Source of the DNA: Leptogorgia sarmentosa
Lineage: Eukaryota
Assembly (NCBI GenBank): GCA_964658305.1
Contig: OZ210885.1
Coordinates: 5,146,001 to 5,210,000 of the forward strand
Length of the DNA: 64,000 nt
Direction: 5' to 3'
The position numbers were made by a program, and so were the translations under genes. The notes under the pieces are model-generated. The model was not told where the DNA came from and ran no database searches. It saw only the letters and a list, made by a program, of their open reading frames with translations. This document shows, in pieces, positions 39,701 to 50,786 of the stretch (position 1 is its first letter; every line of letters begins with the position of its first letter).

Positions 39701-42700
39701 GCGTTGAGTGTGATCTTTTGTCGTTCATTATGTGTCTGGCAATTACTGAAACCGCAAAATGAAAAAAAGATATTGTAATTGTTGAGAATTGTAATGATAA
39801 CGGAGTTTTTTTGTAAACCAAAGCCATTGTCAAAGCCATAAAACAAAATTGAATGAACTGAAATTCTCACCACCAGTATTTCAGACATGTGTATGAAAGA
39901 CACATTTCTGTTTCACCCAACTGGAAAAACAATGAGCAGTTTGCTTGAAAGGGTTGTCCTCGTTGACCGGTTTGCTCAAATGTGGGTCAGATGATGTGGA
40001 GGTCCCAAATTCTCGAAATTTTCTCGCTCGGCGCCGCTATTTTCCCTTTCGTTAACGGTCGTTGCCTTCCAAAACGGTCGATGCCTTCCCTGCTCGCATT
40101 TTAAATGTTACATAATGCATTTCCACTATAAATATTTTTGTTTTCGATTGTTTTCAGCGAGCTCAAAATTAGCTCAGACGGTTAGGCACGCTGTGCACCG
40201 CGTGCGTCGCAGTTTTATAGTTCAAGCCCCGGCTCGACACTTTTTTTTCGCGTTGGTGATTTCAACTTAAAACTTTTTTTTTCAAAATTTTTCCGACTTT
40301 TATGGTTAGGGTTAGTATTTTAGGGTTTGGGTTGGGGATTAAGCGTATTTCAAATTTTTAAATTTGTCATAAACTAAGTAAAAAGCGAGCAGGGAAGGCA
40401 TCGACCGTTTGGGAAGGCAACGACCGTTTACGACGAAAGGGAAAATTGCCTCGGCGCCAACCCAACCATGGTGGTGCATTGTGACCTATGGAGTATGGCG
40501 TCCCAATATCTGTCAGCCACCCCCCCCCCCCCTGCAACTTTCGTTCCGCCGTGCCTGCATTCCTTCTACCAGTTTTCACTTGAAACACTAACCATACGAG
40601 ACTTCTCGGTTTTACCCAAGTTCTCTAACAATAGCCCACAACCGTTGTATGTGAAGTCCCCCAGATAGAAAACCCAAAAAATAATAATTATAAATACTCA
40701 CTCGGAGTTAAAACCACCTTTTGCCAGGATCCATAGACCAAACATGTTGATACAGCTGGAACAACTCCTAAGGAATCATGCGCCCGTACGCTTAAGCAAC
40801 GTCCAGTGGTGGTGTCTGTCAATCTCTTTTTGTCTTGGTCGTATCTCCATGATACCGTGCAGCTATTGATCAGCTGAACGTATGGCCAGTCGATTGTACC
40901 GATACATGTTCCGGATTCTACTTCCTGGAGAGCGGAGCTTTTTGTGAAACAGAAGAATGCTGGAGGTAAGCCTTTTGAAATTCTAAGATATTTAGAATCA
41001 CCAGCATGACGCACATTGCCCCATCTTGGAAACTCGATCGTGAAAATTGCAGTTGAGGAATCTGTAGACAGGTCTACAAAAGGATACCAGGAAAAAATAA
41101 ATTTAACATGGTTACCAAACATTTGCTGTGTTTGTTGGCAATGGATACATGCAGGAGGGGCGTGCCATGGGTGCGTGTTTTTAAAAATTTGCAGACAAAA
41201 GCCGATAAACAAACGAACGAAGTACTACTGTATACTGAAATTTAGCAGAGTAGTTTTAACACCTACAGGACTACCTTTTCAGAAAATTCGTTTTAATTCC
41301 TTCGGTAACCACTCTTCGAAAATGGCAACAATTTTACTCCTTTCGGAGGGTAGTTTATACTTCTTCAAGAAAGTTCAAGGAACACTCTTAGAAGATCGCG
41401 TCTCCACAGTCAATCAGCCCCCTAAGTAACAAACTTGCGTTGTTTTTGAATCCGCAACCGTCTCTCCCCGCTTCTCTGACGTCTGTTTAATATACCGCAT
41501 TGCAGCTAAACTGATCGAATTAAAAGAACCGAAACCAAATCCTACTCTTACTACTCCTAATTAGTATAAATCTTGAGGTGACTATAACATTTCCTGCAAT
41601 TTGATTGGTCAAGAATTGATTTCTCTCTTGTTATAGTCACCTCCTAGGAGGTGACTATCACTTTTTCATAATTAAAATTCAAAATGGCCGCCCGGTTTGC
41701 TGAAGATTCGCAGGAGGAAATTGACAAAATTAAACAAGAAGCATCCCCAAGAAAACCAAACAAGCGACAAAATATGGTTTAAAAATCTTTCAAAGTAAAA
41801 TATCTTATTTAGTGTTATTTTTATGCCACAAAACTGGCTTTTTTCACTAGCAAAGTGGCGATATGAGCGTGAATTATTTTATGTAAACAAACTACAAGCA
41901 AAGTAAACAAAACTTGAATTTCTACTTAACAGACAGTTTGAATCAAATCACTTTGACCTGGAAATTTATACTAAAACAATTAGTCGCCTCAGGCTCGGTG
42001 ATTACAAGCCTATATTCACTTCGCCGCTTCGCGGCTCAGTGAATATAGGCTTGTAATCACCTCGCCTTCGGCTTTGGTGACTAATTGTTAAGTAGTTATT
42101 ACTGATAGTAATTATGCGTAGCTATATATTATATGTAGGATATTAAAAAACTATTGTAATAAAGTTTCTAAATCTGTTCGTATTGGTAGAAGGTTTATAA
42201 ACAGGTAATGACATGAAATTGGATTCTACATCGTTTATTTAAAGTCGGTTGTAAATCATTTGTACTAAGCAGATTAAAGATATAGCTACTGTTCTCTCAA
42301 GCTTCGTCAGTAAGTTTTAATTGTTAATTGTTAATTGTTAACTGTTAACGGAGGGATTATTTAACAAACCGAATTTCGCCTGAATAACATTTTCGCAACA
42401 CCATCGAAATCAACCTGGGGCTGGTTGTATCAAAGGCGTTTAGCTTAAACGGTGGATAAGTAAAAAATATGAAACAAAATTATGAACTCTTGACAACGAA
42501 CAAGCTAAAAAATTCTGTCTAAACACAACAACTATATGCATAGAACTACACATTTAGTTGATAAAATTTAGGTTCAATTATTTACAAAATGAATAGGAGT
42601 GCATTTTTAAAATTTTGCTTATCCACCGTTTAAGCTAAAACGCCTTTGATACAACCGGCCCCTGGGCACAAAAGTACCAATCAGGGGCCGGTTGTACGAA

Positions 42701-43098
42701 GCCCGTTTAACCTAAACGGCGGATAAGCTGAAAAATAAAAACAAGTCTATTAATTCATTGAACAACAAAACTGAAAGTTTTCAACATGAACAGAACATCT
42801 ATGACTGCCACTACGTATTTAGTGCATGAAATTTAAATTCATACGTTTACAAGAGTTGTGAGAGTGTTATTAAATTTTGGCTTATCCACCGTTTAGGCTA
42901 AACGGGCTTCGTACAACCGGCCCCAGGAAATAACATGTATATAAAGCGAGAACATTTCAAAACGGGAGTATATTTCTATTCACAAGGACAGAAAGTGTAT
43001 CAAACTACACGCTTGTCTGTATTAAACTTACTTGTGTTGCTTTCCATAATTAGTACAGACATGAATAGGACAAATGCCAGTCCTTTAATGGACGCCAT
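30722..43098 (-). CDS. Adhesion GPCR, copy 3 (complete model, more diverged ectodomain)
   Basis: Exons paralogous to copy 2: 43098-43032, 41073-40702, 38628-38048, 37867-37598, 36530-36126, 35727-35566 (GPS HL|T), 34869-34645, 34339-34177, 33804-33668, 32148-31852, 31371-31296, 30915-30722. Exon lengths and phases match copy 2 except a 3-bp deletion in the 32148-31852 exon and a longer mucin exon. Confidence 0.88.
32176..32422. mobile_element. Tc1/mariner-type MITE, present only in copy 3
   Basis: TA-CAGGGGGTGGACAAAAAAAAGTGGCCC...GGGCCACTTTTTTTTGTCCACCCCCTG-TA. Confidence 0.88.
40036..40449. mobile_element. MULE-like MITE with 9-bp TSD
   Basis: TIRs of ~65 bp (CGGTCGTTGCCTTCC.AAACGGTCGATGCCTTCCCTGCTCGC); TSD CTCGGCGCC at 40027-40035 and 40450-40458; internal TTAGGG-like tract. 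Confidence 0.82.
41564..42098. mobile_element. TIR-less hairpin element in intron 1 of copy 3; relatives at ~400-815, ~20190-20605 and ~38775-39320
   Basis: Absent from the paralogous intron at ~2895. Subterminal hairpin GATTACAAGCCTATATTCAC...GTGAATATAGGCTTGTAATC with a GCTTCGC loop. Ends approximate. Confidence 0.65.
42418..42661. mobile_element. Harbinger-like MITE with CTG TSD
   Basis: TIR GGGC(T/C)GGTTGTATCAAAGGCGTTT...GGTGGATAAG; absent from the paralogous intron at ~3200. Confidence 0.8.
42685..42923. mobile_element. Harbinger-like MITE with CAG TSD
   Basis: TIR GGGCCGGTTGTACGAAGCCCGTTTA; absent from the paralogs. Confidence 0.8.
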
Positions 43099-43762
43099 TT
43101 TTCTTGTAAATAATTCTAGATTCTTTGATGCACACTAACACCTTAAAATTGTTGTGATATATTTCTGTCTCTGTAACTCCACAAAAATTGCTGTCGTTGA
43201 AAAGAATCAAAACATCAGCTCCGTTGTTGACAATACAGACTGTCAGACACGGTATGCGATTTTAGATTTGAATGCTGATATATCAGTTTGTCGTAAACAA
43301 TAATTTATTTGCCAGAGCATTTAACTGTGCGCAGCGTTTTGTCAGATGTTAGAATAACTGCATGGAATTGTTTATGTCCTCATAAGTACGCACACGTACG
43401 TTCGACCAATGGAACTACTCACACGGTCAGCGATATCTCATATCTGCATAACTAAGTGTTTGTGTTGTGTATATTGAAGGCTACATAACTACTCACACGG
43501 TCAGCCATATCTCATATCTGCATAACTAAGTGTTTATGCGTGTTGTGTATATTGAAGGGTATATTGCCTTCACTATGAGCGCCCACACACACACGTACGA
43601 TTCAATAAAGACTACGTGTTTGAACATTCAAGTGACTGTCGTAGAATTTCTTTTTAAATGCTGTTATATAACTTAGTATAACGAATGTTGCTACAGTAAA
43701 CTAAAAAAATTCTTTGCTTTGAAAAACGAAGACGAAGGAACCAGAAGTTCGAGACAATTTGA

Positions 43763-44158
43763 GGCCCCGTCCACGCCGGATACTTTTGAAAACGGAGGCT
43801 TTTCCCTCCGTTTTGGCGCTGCGTCCACACGTATCCGGCGTTTTCGGCAACCGAAACCGGAGGTTTTCGAAAACGCTCTCCAGAGTGGAGACTTTCGAAA
43901 ACGATGCTTTAGCGTTTACGTGTGGACGGGCGAAAACGGAGGCTTTCGAAAACGATGACGTAAAATCAGGCCTGTGATCGCTTAAACATCTCATATTACT
44001 GAGCAATTTGAGCAATGCGCATGCTCTACACCAGGCGCTATCAAATTTCCTTCGTGTAAACGATTCGAATACGCTACGTGTGGACGCGGCGAATTTTTTC
44101 ATAAACGGAGGGAAAAGTCTCCGTTTTCAAAAGTATCCGGATACGTGTGGACAGGGCC
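43763..44158. mobile_element. Harbinger-type MITE with TGA TSD, upstream of copy 3
   Basis: GGCCCCGTCCAC...GTGGACAGGGCC with internal GAAAACG repeats; empty site at ~4000 and ~23795. Confidence 0.82.
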
Positions 44159-47100
44159 TGAAGCTTTTGTTATGGTAAATTTCATCGTTTTTCATTTCTT
44201 TCGAAGACAATACAAATATGGGCAGGGTGGAAAAGACGGATACTATTGATAATGTTGATACTATTTTCCAAAAAAGGACTGTTTTCAGACTATACATGAA
44301 AACAAATTGCAATCGAACTGTTTTGAGATTAAGGCAGGTGTTTAAAATTTAATACGGAGTGCATGACCGGTTTAACTACATTGGTTCAATGGTGATAGAT
44401 TTGTTTGTCATAAAGAATTATCATTTGCTGGAGCAAATCGTTTTGATTGATGTAATAACTCATGAAGACTGTATGTCATTGTTTATTTTAACACAAGTAG
44501 CTACACATGTTCGATGTGGCTTTTCAAATTCACATCCACACACACATCAGCATAGTTGAGTGTTTGTTAATATTGTAAGGATACAACGCGCCCACTCACG
44601 CGTGCGATTTAAAGTCTACATGTTTAAGCATTGGAGTAGTGGATTTCTTTCACATTTTGTCCAGATCTGATGGTCCTTTCCGCGCAGGGGCGTCGATAAA
44701 CCTGTTTGAATGAGAAGGGGGGGAGGGGGAGGGGGGGGCTGTGAGGTTACATTTTGCCGATTGGTCAAAAGGTCTCTACAATGATGCGTGTTAATTCAGA
44801 CTAAAAAAACACAAATATTTAAGTTTAGACAACCAGCGATGCAGTTTTTGAACAGTAATGAGTGTAACGGCTTACCCCCACACGGACAATGAAACATTGT
44901 AAGTCCCGTTGATTTTGAATGTCAGATGTGTCGAAACGCTAAAAATATCGCTTGATTTTGATCGTCACACCAGGAAGCTGAGAAGCATTCACGTTTCTGC
45001 CCAGAAATGCATGCTTTTTCAACCGAGTTTACATCATTAAATGCAGCTGTCAGCAAAAATGAAAAATTTGCCACTGCTGCTAGTCTCGAGCCTCTGAGTC
45101 TCGAGCATTTTAAATTTTTAATATTGCATTTGACATTATATTGTCTCCTTTTTGAGCGTGACTGCCCGATAGACTCAGAGGTTCAAGACTATAGCTTATC
45201 TGACAATTGAAATCGGTTAGAAATTTTTGCGTCAATCGCGTGTCTGGGCGGAAACGTGAATGTTGATTATGTTTCTGTGTGTGGGGATCAGCGATATTTT
45301 TAGACTTTCGACACTTTGACGTAATAATGATTAAAGACAAGGTTTAGTCCGGTCAGTCGCCAGTTGGGTTAAAATATTGCAAATAGTGTTATATAGTTTA
45401 TTCGCATTTAGACCACCCAAAATATAGCTCCCAAGTATTATGATACCCAAGTATTCTTTGAATTTGGATAATGTGATGTATATTTAGTTGAAAGCTTCAG
45501 TTTTATCGATCAAAAATTAAAATGATATATATTTTACTCATTCCCTGCGCTTCGCACCGCCGTATAATATCCTCTATATATAATAAATTTTTATGATAGA
45601 ATACAATGAAAATAAAAAGCACCACTAGTTAAAATAACTTTCAAGAGCGGCGGAAAATTGTCCATGTTGAAGTAATTTACATTAACATGGCTCTTAGCCA
45701 ATCAGCGTATAGAATTCGCAAATACTATAATACAAAACTTAGTAAATGAACGTTGCTGTAGTAAAGTTCCGTGCGAATTTTCTTAATGAACGAAAATTTG
45801 GAAAATGCAGGAATCAGTAGTTCCAGGCAAGGCTTATGGTGATTTTCATCGCTATTTGCTTATAGATGGTCTTGCAACCCGGAGCCGTTTAAAAATACCG
45901 GAATAAAACCCGTTCACACGGGCGATATCTTGCTGTGATTTTCTCCTTCTGATACAGGTGAACAGGTGAATATTCAACGTATGTGCTGAGTGCTTGCTTC
46001 CTCAATTGAATACTCGTGAGTGATTCACTCGTTCAAGTCTGTCAAAAGAAGGAAATTGCACTTGAAATTAATCGCAGTGAAATTGTTCGTGTAGATAGGC
46101 CAATACGTTTATATTCTTGACGGTGTGAACACGGAAGAAACAATAACGTTTCGCCGTTGCGTTTACACTGTGCCGTTAAAATTACGTTACGGTTCCATGT
46201 GGATTCACAAAGACCACCACGTAAATTTTGAAGCGGGATGCTGAACTGGAATAAAAAAGTAACGGAACCGACGTTCACACTATATGCCGGCACGGTTTTT
46301 GAAAACGGCTCCGTTTCAAAAAACGGTTTGGAATGCGTGGTCAAAGCATAATGGCAAAACTGACGTTCTCATTTCTCAAACAATTTCATTCTTGCTGTCT
46401 TGCATAGTGTGAACACAACGTCGTAACGTTATGTTAATACACATTTCGTCGTTTCCCGAAACCTTTAATTCCCCTCACAGTCTCTTTGTTTGCGTAGAAA
46501 GATTACAGGAAAACCTACTAGCCTACATAAATAAACTCGAAAGCTAGGCTGACGTCAAATTTCCATCGCGTCTAATGCCAATTCAAACTTAAGCAATGTA
46601 AAATGGAATGACTTACCCCATTATCTGTTCTTTGAATTGTACTCGACACAACTAAAATTTGACGTATGAAACTGGCGTAAGCCTTATTAACAATTTTAAT
46701 TTCTGCTAAAAATGACAATTTATAAAGTTTATGTACTGTGGCGTTGCCAATTGTAGCAATAGAGGAATTTTTGTTCGCGAATAAGGCTTGGCAATTTAAC
46801 CTCGTTTCGATGTAGCTTTTTGAAAGAGTGTATTATTTTCACCTTTGTCACGTACAGATAAACTAAAGCCCACGTGTTTAAATATTGGAGTGACTGTCGT
46901 TAGGCTTCGTTCTTATTTTTCCGAAGCTATAATCACATAAAGGGCAGAAATACTTGGCCCTGATTGGTTATAAATGACAGAGTGTTTTTGTGTTCATTTC
47001 ACGTTCGACATTTAATGGCTTTCTCGCAGTATTTGTCGTGTGGGAAATCGACAAATTGAAATAGTTTCAAGCAAGATCATATAATTTGTATATTATTTAT

Positions 47101-47336
47101 GTCATTTCCCAACGTTTTAAAGTGACATTATTAAATATACTGCCTCAGTGTTCGTTAATTGACTTTGCAAATATAAGTGCCGCTCAAAGTGCTCAATCTA
47201 AAACCTGAAGTTGACATTCAATTACAACCTCGTCATTCAATTCCTAGCGATTTGTGTTTGAATAAGTCTTATCTTCAATATCATTAAACCAAGTAATCGC
47301 ATTGCATTTGGGTCCTGGTAAAAAGGACTTTCCAAA

Positions 47337-48052
47337 ATTTCCAAAATTTCGGTTAGCATGAGTAGTTTAACACCCTCTGGTATATCTAGCACTAAGTTTA
47401 TTTTAAAAACAAACTTTTTTAGAATGGCAAATGCGGTTACTGAAAGGCCCATTAAAAACGGCTTGCGCGGAAAAAATAAGTTTTCTTCACACAATTTGAT
47501 TTAATCGGATGAAAATATGGAGTATGATATACAAGCTATTCAAGTTTTGAGAAATTTGGTGCACGCTGAGACGAACGTGCGATGTCCGAAAACTGGATTT
47601 TGCGTTCTTTCCTGCGTGATTACCTACTTGGTAATTGATTGCATAATTGGACATTTGCATTAATTACCAATGCAAATTGAAAGCTAATTCCCAAAGGTCC
47701 GAAATTACGCGAAGAAATTGCGGAAAATCCAGTTTTCGGACATCGCACATTCGTCTCAGCGTGCACCAAATTTCTCAAAACTTGAATAGCTTGTATATTA
47801 GACTCCACATTTTCATCCGATTATATCAAATTGTGTGAAGAAAACTTATTTTTTCCGCGCAAGCCGTTTTTGATGGGCCTTTCAGTAACCACATTTGCCA
47901 TTCTAAAAAAGCTTGTTTCTAAAATAAACTTAGTGTTAGATATACCAGAGGGTGTTAAACTACCTATGCTAACCGAAGGTTTTTGGAAATTTTGAGCGCT
48001 CGTTAGTTTAGAGAATGTTTTTCATCAGTAAACTTTTTTTTGATACACCCTG
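47337..48052. mobile_element. Fold-back remnant with a Tc1-type right end
   Basis: Inverted arms ~47337-47601 and ~47720-47990; ends TGATACACCCTG-TA; left terminus not found. Confidence 0.7.
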
Positions 48053-49139
48053 TATAATGTCGATTGTGTCTCTACAGCATGAGTAACATGACGTATCCAG
48101 ATTGTAATGTTGACGTGACACGTCACAGAGTCAACATTGTGTCATTGTTCGACAATCGACTGATCGACAATTACTGATCGACACTCTGAACTCTCAAAAC
48201 ATGGCAAAGCATGTCACTATTTTCCTTGTTTGTGGTTTATACTGGTTTCAGTTAGCTGAATTTTAAAAAAGGTAGGAAGTTACTTATTATATTACACGCT
48301 ATATCCTACTGTTGAATTAATTGTTAAAATTCTTTGTTTCGAGGTTTTTGTATTAATGCGAGCGCAACGTAACAGGCGCTATTAATGTGATCGTGTTGCA
48401 TTTGTTTGAAATTACAAATTTAAAAAAACAGCATTATAATTCATTCTTAATGTTAGTGCCATACATTACTCTTGCTATTCCGAAAGACTGTATGTTTGCT
48501 ACTCTCTGAATTTCCATTACACAATTCCGGCTTTAGCCTGAGTTTGCTCTCGGTAGGAAAAACGAAATCTATAAGCAATGCTAGGAAAGACCATCTTGGA
48601 ATCGGTAAACTGCGGAAATGTTGTAAAATACGAAAAATATAGCGCTGAGAAATTCGCAAATTGTATATTTTAGCTGCGAAAGTATGAAATAATTAATAAA
48701 TCACTTTCGGTTTGAACTTCCGGCATTCAAGGGTGAAACGCGGAAACGGAATTGTGGAAACGCAGTAGCGGAATGAAGGGTAAAACGCGGAAAAATGAGT
48801 ATAAAACGCGGAAAAATAAGTGAAACGCGAAAAAATAGGGTGACTGTGGAAAAACGGGAAAATAAGAGAAGGGGTAAAACTGGACAAAATAGTAAAATTT
48901 GGAGAAAAGTATTTTCTTTGCAAATTACATTATTCAATATTTAGAAACAATACTAACTCTTGACCTCCAACAGTGTATTAATTTAGGTCGATATCGACCT
49001 TTGTATCAAATTTTGGCTTATTGGATGTACCTCTGGTTTTACACACCCAACAACAACACAAATACTCCCATTCCATTAAGGATGACATAAAGAACTCTAA
49101 ACCCTAACCCTTAACCAAACTCCTCACCATATGCATATC

Positions 49140-49966
49140 TTAACCATATCTTGACCGTGCCTTAACCGTGCCCTAACCATACCATAACTGTGCATTAACT
49201 GTGCCTTAACTATTCCTTAACCATACCTTAATCATGCTTTGACCATACCATAACTGTGCCTTGACCATACCTTAACTATGCCTTGAACATATCTCAACTG
49301 TGCCTTGATCATACCTTAATTGTGCCTTGACCATACCTCAACTGTGCCTTGACCATACCTCAACTGTGCCTTGACCATATCTTAACTGTGCCTTGACCAT
49401 ACCTCAAAACTGTGCCTTGACCATACCTCAACTGTGCCTTGAACATACCTTAACTGTGCCTTAACCATACTTTAACTGTGCCTTGACCATATCTTAACTG
49501 TGCCTTGACCACCTTAACTGTGCCTTGACCATATCTTAACTGTGCCTTGACCATACCTCAACTGTGCCTTAACCATACCTCAACTGTGCCTTAACTGTGC
49601 CTTGACCATATCTTAACTGTGCCTTGACCATACCTCAACTGTGCCTTGACCATACCTCAACTGTGCCTTGAACATACCTTAACTGTGCCTTAACCATACC
49701 TTAACTGTGCCTTGACCATATCTTAACTGTGCCTTGACCATACCTTAACTGTGCCTTGACCATATCTTAACTGTGCCTTGACCATACCTCAACTGTGCCT
49801 TAACCATACCTCAACTGTGCCTTGACCATACCTTAACTGTGCCTTAACCATACCTCAACTGTGTCTTGACCACACCTTAACTATCCCTTGACCATACCTT
49901 AACTGTGCCTTGACCATAACTTAACTGTGCCTTGACCATACCTAAACTGTGCCTTGACCATACCTT
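49140..49966. repeat. 22-bp minisatellite (ACTGTGCCTTGACCATACCTTA, built from two 11-bp halves); continues at 56893-56975
   Basis: Directly visible tandem array on both sides of the BEL element. Confidence 0.95.
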
Positions 49967-50138
49967 TGTGGGGAATTCTCTTGTATTTTGGCCTCTCACG
50001 CTTTCCCTTGCCCCTGCGACACTAGATAGTCACTCACTGCTCATCAGTTTTATGTGATTTTAATTTAATATCAACAATTTTGTGTTCAAATCGCCACAAA
50101 GGGCTGCATAACCATATAAAAAGTATTAAATCGTTTTA

Positions 50139-50646
50139 TAATATAAGTAGGGTAAAATCTGCAACGTGATTGGCTAATGAGCGTGCATTATAACAGCGTA
50201 ATGCACGCATCTAGCTATTAAATTTCTCCCGCGACTCTTTGGTTTGACAAAAAGACAATAAAAATACATATATACTAAAAATACATCCATAAAAAACGCT
50301 TGAACTGTTTGCTATCGCTCAGCTAAAGGAATAAAGCTGTGTTGCTGCTTGGCAACATTTGAGAACACGCTTGATTACATGTAACGAGAATTGTAATTTT
50401 GATCTTCCCAACGAAGTTTTTTGTTGCGCTAATATTCTCTTATATTATAAAAGAAATAGAAAAACTCGTCGCGTGCCATTATGCTGTTATAATTGCACTC
50501 GGGCAATGTTGTGAGAATACTCGAGAATCGCGTAAAACACTCGGCTACGCCTCGTGTTTTACGCGATTCTCTCGTATTCTCCCAACATTTCCCTCGTGCA
50601 TTATAACAGCATAATGGCACGCGACTCGTTATCTATTTCTTAATTA
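50139..50646. mobile_element. TIR-less hairpin element inserted in the BEL 3' LTR
   Basis: 508 bp absent from the other LTR; TTA duplicated; subterminal inverted repeat with ~90-bp arms at 50451-50641 and loop TCGGCTACGCCTC. Confidence 0.8.
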
Positions 50647-50786
50647 AAAACATTCTCGCCACGTTGTTTCCTGCCTTCAACCTGCGAACAGGTGGCCTGA
50701 CGCCACAGCCCGCGAACAGGCCGCGCAAGGTTTTCTACACCCTCCCCCTATTTAAGTTAACAACTTAAATATAGTTACTGATGTCA

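Larger units (their letters stand above)
1..46860. repeat. Tandem segmental duplication, about 2.4 units (1-19634, 19635-38073, 38074-~46860)
   Basis: The anchor AGTGTTCA(T/C)GGA recurs at ~1, ~19635 and ~38074. Paired ORFs in the track (1442/21230/40688; 11400/30722; 14011/34576) and intergenic sequence are collinear. The right end is approximate. Confidence 0.95.

Noticed and set aside
48720..48900. AAACGCGGAAA-type short repeats and overlapping Phe-rich ORFs
   Set aside because: Low-complexity repeat, probably a transposon remnant; no termini or coding signal found.
49140..49966. Possible CRISPR-like array
   Set aside because: Contiguous 22-bp tandem units with no unique spacers, no cas genes and a eukaryotic context.
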